Of a stretch of 64,000 bases of DNA, positions 60,901 through 64,000 are shown in pieces. The stretch is from Eledone cirrhosa (Eukaryota), in NCBI GenBank assembly GCA_964016885.1, contig OZ024743.1, positions 139,190,001 to 139,254,000 of the forward strand. The letters run 5' to 3'. The notes beneath the pieces are model-generated. The model had not been told where the DNA came from. It made no database searches and was given only the letters and a program-made list of their open reading frames with translations. Position numbers and translations under genes: made by a program. Position 1 is the first letter of the stretch; each line of letters opens with the position of its first letter.

Positions 60901-62720
60901 GTGCTTGGTGTTTGGTGCTTGGTGCTTGGTGCTTGGTGCTTGGTGTTTGGTGCTTGCTGCTTGGTGCGTGGTGTTTGGTGCTTGGTGCTTGGTGATTAGT
61001 GTTTGGTGATTGGTGCTTGGGGTTTGGTGTTTGGGGCTTGGTGTTTGGTGCTTAGTGCTTGCTGTTTGGTGTTTGGTGTTTGGTTCTTGGTGCTTGGTGT
61101 TTGGTGTTTGGTGTTTGGTGCTTGGTGCTTGGTGCTTGGTGTTTGGTGCTTGGTGCTTGGTGTTTGGTGCTTGGTGCCTGGTGCTTGTTGTTTGGTGTTT
61201 GGTGCTTAGTGCTTGGTGTTTGGTGTTTGGTGCTTGGTGTTTGGTGGCTGGTGTTTGGTGCTTGGTGTTTGGAGTTTGGTGCTTGGTGCTTGGTGCCTGG
61301 TGTTTCGTGCTTGGTGCTTGGTGCTTGGTGTTTGGTGTTTGGTGCTTGGTGTTTGGTGTTTGGTACTTGGTGCTTGGTGCTTGGTGCTTGGTGTTTGGTG
61401 CTTGGTGTTTGATGCTGCGTGCTTGGTGTTTGGTGTTTGGTGCTTGGTGCTTGGTGTTTGGTGTTTGGAGCTTGGTGCCTGGTGCTTGTTGCTTGGTGTT
61501 TGGCGCTTGGTGCTTGGTGCCTGGTGTTTCGTGCTTGGTGCTTGGTGCTTGGTGTTTGGTGCTTGGTGTTTGGTGTTTGGTACTTGGTGCTTGGTGCTTG
61601 GTGCTTGGTGTTTGGTGCTTGGTGCTTGGTGATTAGTGTTTGTTGCTTGGTGCTTGGGGTTTGGTGGTTGGTGCTTGGTGCTTGGTGTTTGGTGTTTGGT
61701 GTTTGGTGTTTGCTGTTTGCTGTTTGGTGTCTGCTTTTTAGTGTTTGGTGTTTGCTGTATGGTGTTTGCTGTTTCGTATTTGGTTTTTGCTGTTTGGTGT
61801 TTGGTGTTTGCTGTTTGGTGTTTGGTGTTTGGTCCTTGGTGCTTGGTGCTTGGTCTTTGGTGCTTGGGTTTTGGTGTTTGGTGCTTGGTGCTTGGTGTTT
61901 GGTGTTTGGTGCTTGGTGCTTGGTGCTTGGTGTTTGGTGCTTGCTGCTTGGTGCTTGGTGTTTGGTGCTTGGTGCTTGGTGATTAGTGTTTGGTGATTGG
62001 TGCTTGGGGTTTGGTGTTTGGGGCTTGGTGTTTGGTGCTTTGTGCTTGCTGTTTGGTGTTTGGTGTTTGGTTCTTGGTGCTTGGTGTTTGGTGTTTGGTG
62101 TTTGGTGCTTGGTGCTTGGTGCTTGGTGCTTGGTGCTTGGTGCTTGGTGTTTGGTGCTTGGTGCCTGGTGCTTGTTGTTTGGTGTTTGGTGCTTAGTGCT
62201 TGGTGTTTGGTGTTTGGTGCTTGGTGCTTGGTGGCTGGTGTTTGGTGCTTGGTGTTTGGAGTTTGGTGCTTGGTGCTTGGTGCCTGGTGTTTCGTGCTTG
62301 GTGCTTGGTGCTTGGTGTTTGGTGTTTGGTGCTTGGTGTTTGGTGTTTGGTACTTGGTGCTTGGTGTTTGGTGCTTGGTGTTTGATGCTGCGTGCTTGGT
62401 GTTTGGTGTTTGGTGCTTGGTGCTTGGTGTTTGGTGTTTGGAGCTTGGTGCCTGGTGCTTGTTGCTTGGTGTTTGGCGTTTGGTGCTTGGTTCCTGGTGT
62501 TTCGTGCTTGGTGCTTGGTGCTTGGTGTTTGGTGTTTGGTGCTTGGTGTTTGGTGTTTGGTACTTGGTGCTTGGTGCTTGGTGCTTGGTGTTTGGTGCTT
62601 GGTGTTTGATGCTGCGTGCTTGGTGTTTGGTGTTTGGTGCTTGGTGCTTGGTGTTTGGTGTTTGGAGCTTGGTGCCTGGTGCTTGTTGCTTGGTGTTTGG
62701 CGCTTGGTGCTTGGTGTTTG
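57950..62720 (+). repeat. Mosaic of overlapping duplications at offsets 2239-2288, 973-987 and 224 bp
   Basis: ORF pairs 58162/60401 (2239), 58715/61003 (2288), 61003/61990 and 61213/62200 (987), 61419/62392 (973), 62392/62616 (224). Confidence 0.7.
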
Positions 62721-64000
62721 GTGTTTGGTGCTTGGTGCTTGGTGCTTGGTATCTGGTGTTTGGTGCTTGATGTTTGGTGTTTGGTGCTTGGTGTTTGGTG
62801 TTTGGTGCTTGGTGCTTGGTGTTTGGTACTTGGTGCTTGGTGTTTTGTGTTTGGTGCTTGGTGCTTGGTGCCTGGTGCTTGGTGCTTGGTGCTTGTTGTT
62901 TGGTGCTTGGTGCTTGGTGATTAGTGTTTGGTGCTTGGTGCTTGCGGTTTGGTGTTTGGTGCTTGGGGTTTGGTGCTTGGTGCTTGGTGCTTGGTGTTTG
63001 GTGCTTGGTGCTTGGTGTTTGGTGCTTGGTGCCTGGTGTTTGGTGTTTGGCGTTTGCTGTTTGCTGTTTGGTGTTTGGTGCTTGCTGTTTGGTGCTTGGT
63101 GCATGGTGTTTGGTGTTTGGTGTTTTGTGCTTGGTGCTTGGTGTTTGGTGCTTGGTGCTTGGTGCTGGGTGTTTGGTGCTTGGTGCTTGGTGTTTGGTGC
63201 TTGGTGCTTGGTGCTTGGCGTTTGGTCCTTGGTGCTTGGTGCTTGGTATTTGGTGGTTGGGTTTTGGTGTTTGGTGCTTGGTGCTTGGTGTTTGGTGCTT
63301 GGTCTTGGTGCTTGGTGCTTGGTGTTTGGTGATTGCTGCTTGGTGCTTGGTGTTTGGTACTTGGTGCTTGGTGATTAGTGTTTGGTGATTGGTGCTTGGG
63401 GTTTGCTGTTTGGTGCTTGGTGTTTGGTGCTTGGTGCTTGCTGTTAGGTGTTTGGTGTTTGGTTCTTGGTGCTTGGTGTTTGGTGTTTGGTGTCTGGTGC
63501 TTGGTGCTTGGTGCTTGGTGTTTGGTGCTTGGTGCTTGGTGCTTGGTGTTTGGTGCTGCGTGCTTGGTGTTTGGTGTTTGGTGCTTGGTGCCTGGTGCTT
63601 GTTGTTTGGTGTTTGGTGCTTAGTGCTTGGTGTTTGGTGTTTGGTGCTTGGTGCTTGTTGTTTGGTGCTTGGTGCTTGGTGCCTGGTGTTTCGTGCTTGG
63701 TGCTTGGTGCTTGGTGTTTGGTGTTTGGGGATTGGTGTTTGGTGTTTGGTGCTGGGTGCATGGAGTTTGGTGCTTGGTGCTTAGTGCTTGGTGTTTTGTG
63801 TTTGGTGCTTGGTATTTGATGCTTGGTGTGTGGTGCTTGGTGCTTGGTGTTTTGTGTTTGGTGCTTGGTGCTTGGTGCCTGGTGCTTGGTGCTTGGTGCT
63901 TGTTGTTTGGTGCTTGGTGCTTGATGATTAGTGTTTGGTGCTTGGTGCTTGGTGTTTGGTGCTTGGTGTTTGGTGCTTGGTGCCTGGTGCTTGGTGTTTG

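Larger units (their letters stand above)
1..64000 (+). repeat. Heptameric satellite array (TTGGTGY)n, about 9,100 units, G/T-rich on + strand, running past both window edges
   Basis: Every line consists of TTGGTGC and TTGGTGT units plus substitution variants (TTGGTGA, TTAGTGT, TTGCTGT, TTGATGC, CTGGTGC, TTGGGGT). Same orientation throughout; A is nearly absent on the + strand. Confidence 0.99.

Noticed and set aside
3-63819. Hundreds of + strand ORFs encoding hydrophobic WCLVLGA/WCLVFGV repeats that resemble membrane proteins
   Set aside because: A 7-nt repeat yields the same 7-aa repeat in all three frames. Stops need an A, which is rare here, and TTG/GTG starts occur in nearly every unit. 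The ORFs overlap in all frames and have no unique domain.
630-63935. CRISPR-like reading of the recurrent GATTAG landmark with variable intervening sequence
   Set aside because: The intervening sequence is the same heptamer, spacing ranges from 77 bp to over 1.5 kb, there are no unique spacers and no cas genes.
1-64000. Bacterial heptamer repeats such as cyanobacterial STRR elements
   Set aside because: Those are short runs between or within genes. A gene-free 64-kb array with HORs does not fit, although the source organism cannot be proven from this window.
1-64000. C/T dimorphism as a product of CpG deamination or RIP
   Set aside because: The variable C is in a CpT context, not CpG or CpA, and the C/T pattern is inherited in blocks. 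Non-CG methylation cannot be assessed from sequence alone.
1-64000. The binary C/T string as an information-bearing code
   Set aside because: All the regularity I can see is explained by duplication history, and nothing indicates a readout mechanism.
1-64000. Purely artefactual or synthetic low-complexity sequence
   Set aside because: Hierarchically shared private variants and consistently inherited indels indicate a real evolutionary history. Individual near-identical copies could still be misassembled.

Overview
The whole 64 kb is one uninterrupted, single-orientation tandem array of a heptamer, consensus TTGGTG(C/T) (reverse complement (G/A)CACCAA), about 9,100 units. I see no unique sequence, gene, RNA gene, transposon or inversion. 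All listed ORFs (WCLVLGA-type on +, KHQAPST-type on -) are translations of the repeat and I reject them as genes. The array is not random. The C/T pattern at unit position 7 and the rare substituted units are copied in blocks, giving nested higher-order repeats (HORs): internal repeats of 224-756 bp, several differently composed HORs of about 2.2-2.6 kb, duplications of 4.8-5.0 kb and about 10.2 kb, and modules that recur up to about 50 kb apart. The 7-bp register shifts at only 17 positions that I found. This looks most like eukaryotic satellite, centromeric or subtelomeric heterochromatin, but the organism and chromosomal position cannot be determined from this window. I found no protein-coding system; the interest lies in the repeat architecture. 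Offsets come from matching ORF-track coordinates and spot-checking the sequence by eye, so block edges are approximate.
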